64,000 bases of DNA from an uncultured Gemmatimonadales bacterium (GTDB lineage Bacteria > Gemmatimonadota > Gemmatimonadetes > Gemmatimonadales > GWC2-71-9), in assembly GCA_963771275.1 (NCBI GenBank), contig CAVYSW010000011.1, forward strand, positions 32,001 through 96,000, read 5' to 3'. The notes under the pieces are model-generated. The model was not told the origin of the DNA, made no database searches, and worked only from the letters and a program-made list of their open reading frames with translations. Shown piece by piece: positions 39,907 through 47,871 of the stretch. The position numbers were made by a program, and so were the translations under genes. The number at the start of each line of letters is the position of its first letter. Positions within the stretch are counted from its first letter, which is position 1.

Positions 39907-41339
39907 TACTCCCCGCCCTCGTCGTCGTGCCCGCCTTGGGAGCCGTGGGTGCCTACGTCCATCGGGCGACGGTGTTTCGCACGGGGTGGCTCGTGGGGAC
40001 CGCCGTCGTGCACGCGGGGCTCGTGGCCGCCGCGTGGGCCACGCGCCCCGGCCCGGTCCTGGCTGGCTGGTTCGCGCTCGATGACCTGGGCCTCCTGGTC
40101 CTGACGGTCGTCAGCGCGCTGTTCCTCGCGACGGCCCTGTACGCGGTGGGATACCTCCGCCACGAGAACGTCCGGGGTGGCCCGGCGTTCGTCAGTTGCC
40201 TCCTCGCCTTCCTCGCTGCGGCCTCCCTGGTGACCATCAGCCACCATCTGGGCATTCTGTGGGTCGGGATGGAGGCCACCACGCTGGCCGTGGCCCCGCT
40301 GATCTACCATCGCCACGACCGCCGCTCGCTCGAAGCCGTCTGGAAGTACCTCGTGCTGTCGTCGGTCGGCATCGCGCTGGCCCTGCTCGGGACGTTCTTC
40401 CTGGCGACGGCTCAGGTCGCCACCGCCACGTCGGGTCGACCGCTGCTGGTGGCAGACCTCGTGCGCGGTGCCCGGCAGCTGCATCCCGCGTGGCTCAAGG
40501 CGGCCTTCGTCTTCCTGCTCGCGGGCTACGGCACCAAGATGGGCCTGGCGCCGTTGCACACCTGGAAGCCCGACACGTACGGCGAAGCCCCCAGTCTGGT
40601 CGGCGCGCTCATGGCCGGTGGCCTCACCAGTCTCGCCTTCCTGGGCATTGCCCGCGTCATGCAAGTGGTGGCGGCGGCCGGACTGACGTCGTTCGCGCAA
40701 CCCGTGCTCATCGCGTTCGGCCTGTTGTCGCTGGTGGTCGCCGCCGCGTTCGTCCTCAGCCAAACCGACCTCAAGCGTCTGCTGGCCTACTCCAGCGTCG
40801 AGCACATGGGGTTGCTCGTGCTGGGCCTGGGGATCGGGGGCGCCGGCGTCTACGGCAGTGCGCTGCACCTGATGAACAACGCTTTGGCCAAGGGGCTGCT
40901 CTTCCTCGCCGTCGGCAACGTGGTGCTCGTCACGGGCACGTCGTCGGGCGGCGCGATCCGGGGGCTGGGCCGTACGCTGCCGATCTCGGCGTCCCTGCTG
41001 CTCGTCGGGCTGTTCGCCGCCACCGGCTCGCCACCGTTCGGGCCGTTTCTCAGCGAGTTCATCATCCTGCGGGCGGCGATGGCGGGCGGGCACCCGATCC
41101 TGGCGCTCGTCGTGGTGGCCCTGCTGGTGGTGATCTTCGCCGGCATGGCCCTGAGCACGCTGCGGGTCGTGCACGGAGAGCCGGCGCCGGCAACGCGCCG
41201 CGGGCCCGAGAGCGCCTGGCTGGTGACCGGACCGGTCGCCCTCGCGGTGGGCCTGCTGCTCCTGGGGTTCTATCTCCCCACGCCATTGGGCCGCGTGCTG
41301 CAGCACGCCGCGGCGGCGCTGGGTGGCGGGGCGCCGTGA
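39903..41339 (+). CDS. hyfF: Ehr/Hyf antiporter-like membrane subunit (HyfF-like)
   Basis: WVGMEATTL, SLEAVWKY, GYGTKMGLAPLHTWKPD, KRLLAYSSVEHMG, PPFGPFLSEF. Confidence 0.9.
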   Translation: MILPALVVVPALGAVGAYVHRATVFRTGWLVGTAVVHAGLVAAAWATRPGPVLAGWFALDDLGLLVLTVVSALFLATALYAVGYLRHENVRGGPAFVSCLLAFLAAASLVTISHHLGILWVGMEATTLAVAPLIYHRHDRRSLEAVWKYLVLSSVGIALALLGTFFLATAQVATATSGRPLLVADLVRGARQLHPAWLKAAFVFLLAGYGTKMGLAPLHTWKPDTYGEAPSLVGALMAGGLTSLAFLGIARVMQVVAAAGLTSFAQPVLIAFGLLSLVVAAAFVLSQTDLKRLLAYSSVEHMGLLVLGLGIGGAGVYGSALHLMNNALAKGLLFLAVGNVVLVTGTSSGGAIRGLGRTLPISASLLLVGLFAATGSPPFGPFLSEFIILRAAMAGGHPILALVVVALLVVIFAGMALSTLRVVHGEPAPATRRGPESAWLVTGPVALAVGLLLLGFYLPTPLGRVLQHAAAALGGGAP

Positions 41340-42847
41340 CGGATCTCTACGGGGCCGGTCTGCGCAACCGCCGCGCGATCCCGTTCGGCGCCGTGCCGAT
41401 CGAGCCAGCCGAGCGCTTTCAGGTCACCGTCGGCGAGGCGCAGGCCGAAGGCGGACGCCTCGTGTCGCTGTTTGGCCTTCCGCACGACGCCGACCAGGTC
41501 CGGCTGGTGGCCATCGTGGCCGACGACGCCGCCGGCCGGTTGGGCGTCACGTCGGCGATCGTGGGTCGGGCCTACCCCGCCCTGACCCCGCTCTGCCCGC
41601 AGGCCGAGCGGTTCGAGCGGGAGATCTGGGAACAATGCGGGGTGGTGCCGGAACGGCATCCCGCTCTCAAGCCGGTTCGGCGCCACCCGCCGGATCATGC
41701 CCCGGCAGCCTGGGCCCTGAGCCCACCCGACCGGGAGGCCTATCCGTTCGACCGCCTCGACGGCGAGGAGGTGCACGAGGTCGCCGTCGGCCCGGTACAC
41801 GCCGGGATTATCGAGCCGGGACATTTCCGGTTCCAGGCACACGGCGAGCGGGTCCTCCAGCTGGAGATCGTGCTGGGTTACCAGCACCGGGGCGTGGAGC
41901 GCCTGCTCGAGACGGCGGAGCGGGCGCGGGCCGTCCTCGTGGCGGAGTCCGTCGCCGGCGACACGGTGGTGGGACACGCGGATGCCCACTGCGGGGCGTT
42001 GGAAGCGTTGGCCCGGTGTCGCAAGACCCCGCGCGCCCAGACCATCCGGGGGATCGCGCTGGAGCTCGAGCGCCTCGCAAACCATCTCGGGGACCTCGGC
42101 GCACTGGCCGGCGACATCGCCTATCAGCCGGGCGCCGCCTATTTCGGCCGGCTGCGCGGCGAATGCCTCAACCTCTTGATGGCGCTGTCGGGGAATCGCT
42201 ACGGCCGCGGCCTGCTCCGCCCGGGCGGCGTGACGTTCGACCTCACACCGGGCCTGGTGGACGAGCTGCGCGACCGGCTGATCCAGCTATCGGAGCGGGC
42301 GCGACCGGTCGCGCGGATGATGCTCTCCGACGCCTCCGTGCAGGCGCGGCTCGAGGGCGTGGGGGTGGTGGACCGATTGCTGGCGGAGCGGCAGGGCCTC
42401 GTGGGACCGGTCGCGCGCGCGTGCGAGGTCCCGCGCGACGTACGACACGACCACCCATGGGGCGTGTTTCGCTTCGCGCACATCCCCGTGTCCACCTCCT
42501 GGGCCGGCGACGTGTTCGCGCGGGCCTACGTCCGATGGCTCGAAGTCCAACGCTCACTGGAGTTCCTCGGGGACCAGCTCGGCAGCATTCCCAAGAGCGC
42601 CCCGCGCGTCCCGGTGGCCGGCCTGCGGCCGGACGAGATCGCGGTCGCGTTGGTGGAGGGCTGGCGGGGGGAGATCGCGCACGTGGTCATCACGGATGAC
42701 CGGGGCGGCATTCGCCGCTACAAGGTGACGGATCCGTCGTTCCGCAATTGGCCCGCGCTCGCCGCCGCCATGGCGGGCAACGAGATGTCCGACTTTCCGC
42801 TGTGCAACAAGAGCTTCAATCTGTCCTACGCGGGGCACGACCTGTGA
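41336..42847 (+). CDS. hyfG: Ehr large subunit (NuoC-NuoD/HyfG-like) lacking NiFe-ligating CxxC motifs
   Basis: EREIWE, VGPVHAGIIEPGHFRF, GYQHRGVE, AESVAGDT (in place of RxCGxC), EGWRGE, DFPLCNKSFNLSYAGHDL (in place of DPCxxC). Confidence 0.9.
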   Translation: MTDLYGAGLRNRRAIPFGAVPIEPAERFQVTVGEAQAEGGRLVSLFGLPHDADQVRLVAIVADDAAGRLGVTSAIVGRAYPALTPLCPQAERFEREIWEQCGVVPERHPALKPVRRHPPDHAPAAWALSPPDREAYPFDRLDGEEVHEVAVGPVHAGIIEPGHFRFQAHGERVLQLEIVLGYQHRGVERLLETAERARAVLVAESVAGDTVVGHADAHCGALEALARCRKTPRAQTIRGIALELERLANHLGDLGALAGDIAYQPGAAYFGRLRGECLNLLMALSGNRYGRGLLRPGGVTFDLTPGLVDELRDRLIQLSERARPVARMMLSDASVQARLEGVGVVDRLLAERQGLVGPVARACEVPRDVRHDHPWGVFRFAHIPVSTSWAGDVFARAYVRWLEVQRSLEFLGDQLGSIPKSAPRVPVAGLRPDEIAVALVEGWRGEIAHVVITDDRGGIRRYKVTDPSFRNWPALAAAMAGNEMSDFPLCNKSFNLSYAGHDL

Positions 42848-42856
42848 GGCCGACGG

Positions 42857-43630
42857 ATGCTTGAGCTGCTGCGAACCCGCCTGGCCCAGGGCACCGCCAC
42901 CTCGCCGTTCCCGAACGGCCCGACGGTATTCCCGGAGCGATTTCGGGGACGGCCGACGCTCGATGTCGCCCGCTGCCCAAGCGGCTGCCGCGACTGTGCG
43001 GCGCGCGCCCCCTCGGGCCTGATCACCGTTGGCCCCGACGGCGCCGCACGACTCGATGTCGGCGCCTGCCTGTTCGCTCCGGAAGAGGCCGAGGCGTGTC
43101 CGCATGGCGCCATACGGTTCACCGGGGACTTCGCCATGGGAGCGCGCTCGCGGGACGATCTGGTCACGGAGACCGGCGCGCTTCGTCTGGCGCGGCAGCT
43201 CGACGGGGCGGCGCGCCGGCTGTTCGGCCGCTCGCTGCGGCTGCGCTCGGTGGCGGCCGGCAGCTGCAACGGCTGCGAGGCGGAGCTCGTGGCCCTCGGG
43301 AACGTGGTGTTCGACATGGCCCGGTTCGGCGTCCAGTTCGTGGCCTCACCGCGGCACGCCGACGGCATCGTGCTGACCGGCGCGGTGAGCCGCAACATGC
43401 ATGAGGCGCTGCGCAAGACGTACGAGGCGACGCCCGCGCCCAAGCTGGTGATCGCCGTCGGCGCGTGCGCCATCAACGGCGGCCCGTTCCGGGGAAGCGC
43501 GGAAGTGCTGAATGGGGCCCCCCCCGAGCTCCCGGTGGATCTCTGGATTCCGGGCTGCCCGCCCCATCCGCTCACTACGCTGGATGCGCTGCTGCGACTG
43601 CTCGGCCGCCTGGACGGCGGCCAACGCTAG
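42857..43630 (+). CDS. hyfI: Ehr small subunit: degenerate ferredoxin-like N-terminus fused to NuoB/HyfI-like Fe-S domain
   Basis: GSCNGCEAE, ASPRHADG, GACAINGG, PGCPPHP; N-terminal CPSGCRDCAARAP and CLFAPEEAEACP. Confidence 0.88.
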   Translation: MLELLRTRLAQGTATSPFPNGPTVFPERFRGRPTLDVARCPSGCRDCAARAPSGLITVGPDGAARLDVGACLFAPEEAEACPHGAIRFTGDFAMGARSRDDLVTETGALRLARQLDGAARRLFGRSLRLRSVAAGSCNGCEAELVALGNVVFDMARFGVQFVASPRHADGIVLTGAVSRNMHEALRKTYEATPAPKLVIAVGACAINGGPFRGSAEVLNGAPPELPVDLWIPGCPPHPLTTLDALLRLLGRLDGGQR

Positions 43631-43636
43631 GGGCTG

Positions 43637-44122
43637 CTACACGCCGGCCAGCCGCGCCAGCTCCTCCTGCAGCGCCTCCAGAACCGTGTCCTTCTCCCGC
43701 AGGGCTTTCCGCTGCTCGGCCAGGCTGTGCTCCGCGGCCGCAACGGCCCGACGCAGGACGTGCACCGCATCCACCTCATGCGCCACCTGGCGACGCAGGC
43801 GTCGCGCACGATCCTCGGTACTTTGAAGCCAGCGCCGCGCGGCTGCGACGCGAAGGGCAGCCTCATCAGCTGCGCGTTGCGCCCCGTGCTTCCGCTCCGT
43901 CCACGCCGCCCGCTCGTCACGTAGCCGATCGAGCGTCCGCTGGAGGGCCGACGATGGAGCGCGGCCCTGGGACTCCTCCCATGCGCGTCGCAGTTCGGCT
44001 TCCACGTTCCGAGCGGCACGCGCGGCCGTGGCCGCTTGGTCGAATGCCGTTCGCAGCACGGCTTCGGCTGCGTCGAGTTCCGCGTGATACTGCCCGAGCA
44101 ACGACGTCGCATGCCCAGGCAT
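43637..44122 (-). CDS. Hypothetical coiled-coil protein
   Basis: A/E/R/L-rich helical sequence downstream of EIIA copy 2 on the same strand; start uncertain (44122 or 44182). Confidence 0.5.
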   Translation of the reverse strand: MPGHATSLLGQYHAELDAAEAVLRTAFDQAATAARAARNVEAELRRAWEESQGRAPSSALQRTLDRLRDERAAWTERKHGAQRAADEAALRVAAARRWLQSTEDRARRLRRQVAHEVDAVHVLRRAVAAAEHSLAEQRKALREKDTVLEALQEELARLAGV

Positions 44123-44206
44123 GGAGACCGGGATTGCCGGCGCGTCGCCCTCGCACCGACTCCTCGCGATGCCGCTTGACACAGTCGTACCGCAGTCCTG
44201 GGGAGT

Positions 44207-44923
44207 CTAGGCGCTGGCAGCCGGCCGCGCTTCGCTGAGTCTGCGCTCGGCCGCCACCAGGACGTCGTACATCGCCTCCGGGCTGGGTGCCGTGAGTAGA
44301 TCCGCCGCGGCTTCGGGGCTTGCGAGCATGCGCGCGAGCTTGGTCAGCCAGGGGAGGTGTAGCTCCTGATAGCGCAGGCCGAGCACGAAGAACAGGTGGG
44401 TAGGCATCCCATCCAGCGCGTGAAAGTCCACCCCAGCGCGCGATCGACCGAGCACCATGAACGGGCGCAGCACCTGATCGGGGTGCCGATACAGAGTGTG
44501 CAGGAAGGCAATCCCGTTGCCGATCGCCGTCGGCATGATGTTCTCACGCTCTACGAGCGCCCCGACGAACCAACGTTTGTCCCGAATCAGCCCGAGCTTG
44601 GCGGCATGGTCCGCCAGTTCTTCGATGACCGCCGTCTTCGTCGTGCCCGCGAGCTCCGGCGCGACGTGCTTCGGCTCGAAGCAGCTTTCCAACCCGAGGA
44701 GCATCGGGACCGCATCAGGCGCGCGAGGCACCTCCACGTAGCGTCGGCTGATCCCGAGCATCTGGTCGTCCAGCCACGCATCAATCATGGCCTTCCGGAA
44801 CCGCCATTGGTTACCCACCCGCACGGCTGGCAGCGGCCCCTGCGCGGCGAGCTTCAGCACGGTTCGCTCGTTCAGCTTGAGGTACGCCGCGAGTTCTCGG
44901 ACCGTCATCAGGCGATCATCCAT
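44207..44923 (-). CDS. Excisionase-like HTH (HTH_17) - PTS EIIA fusion protein, copy 2
   Basis: RBS GGAGG; MTVRELAAYLKLNERTVLKLAAQGPLPAVRVGNQWRF; RENIMPTAIGNGIAFLH; GVDFHALDG. Confidence 0.88.
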   Translation of the reverse strand: MDDRLMTVRELAAYLKLNERTVLKLAAQGPLPAVRVGNQWRFRKAMIDAWLDDQMLGISRRYVEVPRAPDAVPMLLGLESCFEPKHVAPELAGTTKTAVIEELADHAAKLGLIRDKRWFVGALVERENIMPTAIGNGIAFLHTLYRHPDQVLRPFMVLGRSRAGVDFHALDGMPTHLFFVLGLRYQELHLPWLTKLARMLASPEAAADLLTAPSPEAMYDVLVAAERRLSEARPAASA

Positions 44924-44987
44924 TGTCCTCCCCGAGACCTCCCGCTGGTGGCGCCGAGCCCGGCGAATGACCGACCGGGGCTGATTC

Positions 44988-45015
44988 TTGACACGCAGAC
45001 ACACCAATATATACT
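44988..45015 (+). promoter_or_regulatory. Near-consensus sigma70 promoter
   Basis: TTGACA (44988)-N16-TATACT (45010) at the edge of a 32%-GC tract (45001-45100, hand count). Confidence 0.65.
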
Positions 45016-45042
45016 TCAAAATATCCAAAAGTACATAGTAAT

Positions 45043-45072
45043 ACTGTAATTGACTGTGATATTCTGTAGTAG
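45043..45072. promoter_or_regulatory. Three helically phased direct repeats (CTGT core, 10-bp period)
   Basis: ACTGTAATTG ACTGTGATAT TCTGTAGTAG. Confidence 0.5.
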
Positions 45073-45110
45073 TACTAGGCACTTCCATATATTACGCCAC
45101 TGGAGGTAAC

Positions 45111-45288
45111 ATGTCATCCCAGAACCAGCAACCGCTCCTCGAAGACCCCACAGCCGCCCCCAAAGCCGGGGCAGCCCCCCAAGCCAGGTCAGCCTCCGAA
45201 GCCGAGTCAGCCTCCGAAGCCGGGAGCTCCGGGTACCGGTCCGACTGGACCCAAGCCGGGGCCGGCCCAGTCCCCCGCCAAGCCGTAG
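45111..45288 (+). CDS. Proline-rich micro-protein (~58 aa) with QPPKPG repeats; needs a +1 shift near 45135
   Basis: RBS GGAGGT then ATG 45111; 18-nt repeats vary mostly at synonymous positions only in the +1 frame (QPPPKPG QPPKPG QPPKPS QPPKPG), stop TAG 45286-45288. Confidence 0.55.
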
Positions 45289-45373
45289 GAGTCGTTGACT
45301 TTGGTCCCTCACGGACGCCTCCAGCCACCACACGTCGCGTCGATCGCGCGAGATCTCGGCCCAGGGGGCGCGT

Positions 45374-46051
45374 GTGAGTAGGCCACAGGCAGCGCGTTGC
45401 GACGAACCGCGCAGAACCGCGGCTGGCGCTCCAGGCCATGCGACCCTCAGCCAGGCCGATCTCTGGGACCGGCTGGGGGCCGCATACGTCGAGCTCTGGC
45501 GGCAGCGTGAGACGACCGCAGCTGACCCCATGGCGATGGCCGTGGCTGGGCATGTTCGCCTCGCGATGACGCAAGGCGAACCGACTCCTGGCGGCCCTGG
45601 GGACGAAATCGACGACTCCCGGCCGGTGGACCCGAGGGTTCAGGAGTGGGCCGTTCGGGCAGGCTGCCTGCTCGCGAGCGACGGGGCGCCGGCGAAGCCC
45701 GTGCGGTTTGACCGGCTTCGCGCCCGGCTCGTGGCGCACGGGTTCAATCGGGCGGAGGCCTGGGATCTGTGTGTCGCCCTTCGTCGGGCCGGCGTGATCC
45801 ACAGCGAGCCCGACCGCCCCTATCTCAATGGCCCGGGCCAGCGTCTTGCGGACCGGCTACTGTCCACCACCGGGCTGCGAGCGCGATCGGCCGAGGATCT
45901 CGAGGCTGGGCTGATGATCGCCGGCGAGACGCGTCTCGCCTCCATTGCGCCCGGCCGGCGCCTCGATGCCGAGGTGCTCACAGAGGCGTGCCGGCAGCTG
46001 GGAAGAGCCATCGCACTCGGTCACCGGGCATCAGCGCGGCCGGGGGACTGA
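45374..46051 (+). CDS. Hypothetical protein
   Basis: 225-aa ORF filling the gap; no recognised motif; overlaps the end of the convergent gene by 31 bp. Confidence 0.45.
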   Translation: MSRPQAARCDEPRRTAAGAPGHATLSQADLWDRLGAAYVELWRQRETTAADPMAMAVAGHVRLAMTQGEPTPGGPGDEIDDSRPVDPRVQEWAVRAGCLLASDGAPAKPVRFDRLRARLVAHGFNRAEAWDLCVALRRAGVIHSEPDRPYLNGPGQRLADRLLSTTGLRARSAEDLEAGLMIAGETRLASIAPGRRLDAEVLTEACRQLGRAIALGHRASARPGD

Positions 46052-47199
46052 TCTCCCCGTTTCTCCCTGTCCGTCCCCGGCCCCAACACCTCCCCCAGCG
46101 CCTCCAGCAGCCTATCGACCACCAGCGGCGTCGCGTTGGTGCCCATCAGCCCAACGCGCCAGACCTTACCCTTGAGCGCGCCGAAGCCCCCGCCGATCTC
46201 GATGCCGCGCTCGAGCAGCGCTTTGCGCACGGCGAGGTCGTCCACCCCGTTGGGGACGCGGACCACGTTGAGCATCGGCAGCCGGTGAGCGGCGGGGGTG
46301 AACAGCGAGATGCCGAGCCGCTCGAGACCGCGCACCAGTCGCTCGTGCGCCGCCCGGTGGCGGGCGAAGCGCGCCGCGAGCCCCTCCGCCAAGATCAGCC
46401 GCAGCGCCTCGTGGAAGCCGTAGATGTTGGCGACCGGCGCCGTGTGATGGAACGCCCGCGCGCGCGGCCCCCCCTGGTCACCCCAGTACTGGAACAGCAG
46501 CTGGAGATCGAAGTACCACGTCGCGGCCGGCGTCTTGCGCCGCGCGATCGCGGCCATGGCGCGCGGCCCAAGTGTCACGGGGCCCAGTCCCGGCGGCGCG
46601 CCGAGGCATTTCTGGGAGCAGGAGCCGGCGGCATCGATCAGCCAGGCATCGGTCTCGACCGGCATGCCCCCCAGCGAGGTGACGCAGTCCACCATGAAGA
46701 GCGCGTCGTGCGCCCGCACCATCCGGCCGATGGCCTCGAGTGGCTGCGCGGCACCGGTGGAGGTTTCCGCATGCACCAGCGCCACCAGCTTCGGGCGCCC
46801 GCGCGTGAGCTCGTCCGCGATCCGCTCGGGCGCGATCACCTCGCCGTACGGCGCGTCGATCCGGCGCACCCGGGCGCCCGCGCGTTCGGCCAGCTCCACC
46901 AGGCGCTGGCCGAAATAGCCGATCACGCCGACGATCACCTCGTCTCCCGGCTCGACGAGGTTGAACATGATCGCTTCGAGCCCGGCGGTGCCGGTGCCGG
47001 ACATCGGGATGGTGTGATGATTGGTCGTCCCGAACACGGTCCGGAGATCGGCCATGGTTTCGTCCATGACCGTGAGGAAGTACGGATCGAGGTGGCCGAC
47101 CAGCGGTGCCGCCATCGCGGCGCTCACCACGGGATCGGGGTTCGACGGTCCGGGACCGAGCAGGAGGCGGTCCGGGGGACTGAGTACATTACGGGACAT
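46021..47199 (-). CDS. Alanine-glyoxylate / serine-pyruvate aminotransferase (class V)
   Basis: LLLGPGPS, SGTGTAGLEA, HAETSTG, DCVTSLGG, SQKCLGAPPG, WRVGLMG. Confidence 0.92.
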   Translation of the reverse strand: MSRNVLSPPDRLLLGPGPSNPDPVVSAAMAAPLVGHLDPYFLTVMDETMADLRTVFGTTNHHTIPMSGTGTAGLEAIMFNLVEPGDEVIVGVIGYFGQRLVELAERAGARVRRIDAPYGEVIAPERIADELTRGRPKLVALVHAETSTGAAQPLEAIGRMVRAHDALFMVDCVTSLGGMPVETDAWLIDAAGSCSQKCLGAPPGLGPVTLGPRAMAAIARRKTPAATWYFDLQLLFQYWGDQGGPRARAFHHTAPVANIYGFHEALRLILAEGLAARFARHRAAHERLVRGLERLGISLFTPAAHRLPMLNVVRVPNGVDDLAVRKALLERGIEIGGGFGALKGKVWRVGLMGTNATPLVVDRLLEALGEVLGPGTDREKRGDQSPGRADAR

Positions 47200-47290
47200 G
47201 GCGCGGTTCCCTGTTTTCGGTACGCGAGTACCAAAGGTACCGGGTTACCGCGCCGCTGAGCGACCCCAGCTATCGCAACCGGAGCGAGCC

Positions 47291-47800
47291 ATGCCGATGG
47301 TCTCCCTCACGGCGCTGCCCGACACGGCGCGCCTGTGGATCTTCGCCGCCGAGCGTGCGCTGTCGCTGGCCGAGCGGCAAGCCCTGCTCGCCGACGTCGA
47401 CGGCTTCCTCATGGCGTGGACGGCGCACGGCGTGCCGCTCACCTGCGGTCGCGACTGGCGGCACGAGCGGTTCCTCCTCGTCGCCGTCGACGAGGCCGCG
47501 GCCGGGGTCTCCGGCTGCTCGATCGACGCGCTCACGCGGAAGCTCCGCGAGCACGAGAAGACCCTCGGGCTCGCGCTGCTCGACAACGGGCCGGTGCTCT
47601 ACCGCGAGGGGAACGGGATCGCCCGCGTGCCACGCGGCCGGTTCCGCGCGCTGGCTGAAGTGGGCGCGGTCTCACCCGACACCGTGGTGTTCGACAACAC
47701 GGTGCAGTCGCTCGGCGCCCTGCGTGCCGGCCGGTGGGAGACCGTCGCCCGCGGCAGCTGGCACGGCCGGGCCTTCTTCGGCGAGGCGAGCGGGCGCTAG
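47291..47800 (+). CDS. Conserved hypothetical protein (WxAHG / SGCSID motifs)
   Basis: LPDTARLWIFAA, WTAHG, VDE...SGCSID, VFDNTV, SWH. Confidence 0.7.
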   Translation: MPMVSLTALPDTARLWIFAAERALSLAERQALLADVDGFLMAWTAHGVPLTCGRDWRHERFLLVAVDEAAAGVSGCSIDALTRKLREHEKTLGLALLDNGPVLYREGNGIARVPRGRFRALAEVGAVSPDTVVFDNTVQSLGALRAGRWETVARGSWHGRAFFGEASGR

Positions 47801-47871
47801 CCCCCGGGGATGCTGGCGCCGGGCATTTCCGGTGGCTAGTTTGGCGTTCGGTTCCCTCCTGGACTTGAGCC

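Noticed and set aside
36378..43630. Functional [NiFe] hydrogenase-4 / formate hydrogenlyase
   Set aside because: Large subunit lacks both CxxC motifs; no maturation or fdh genes in the window.
45111..45377. 88-aa ORF from the track as the real product
   Set aside because: Repeat variation is non-synonymous in this frame and mostly synonymous in the +1 frame; disfavoured but not excluded.
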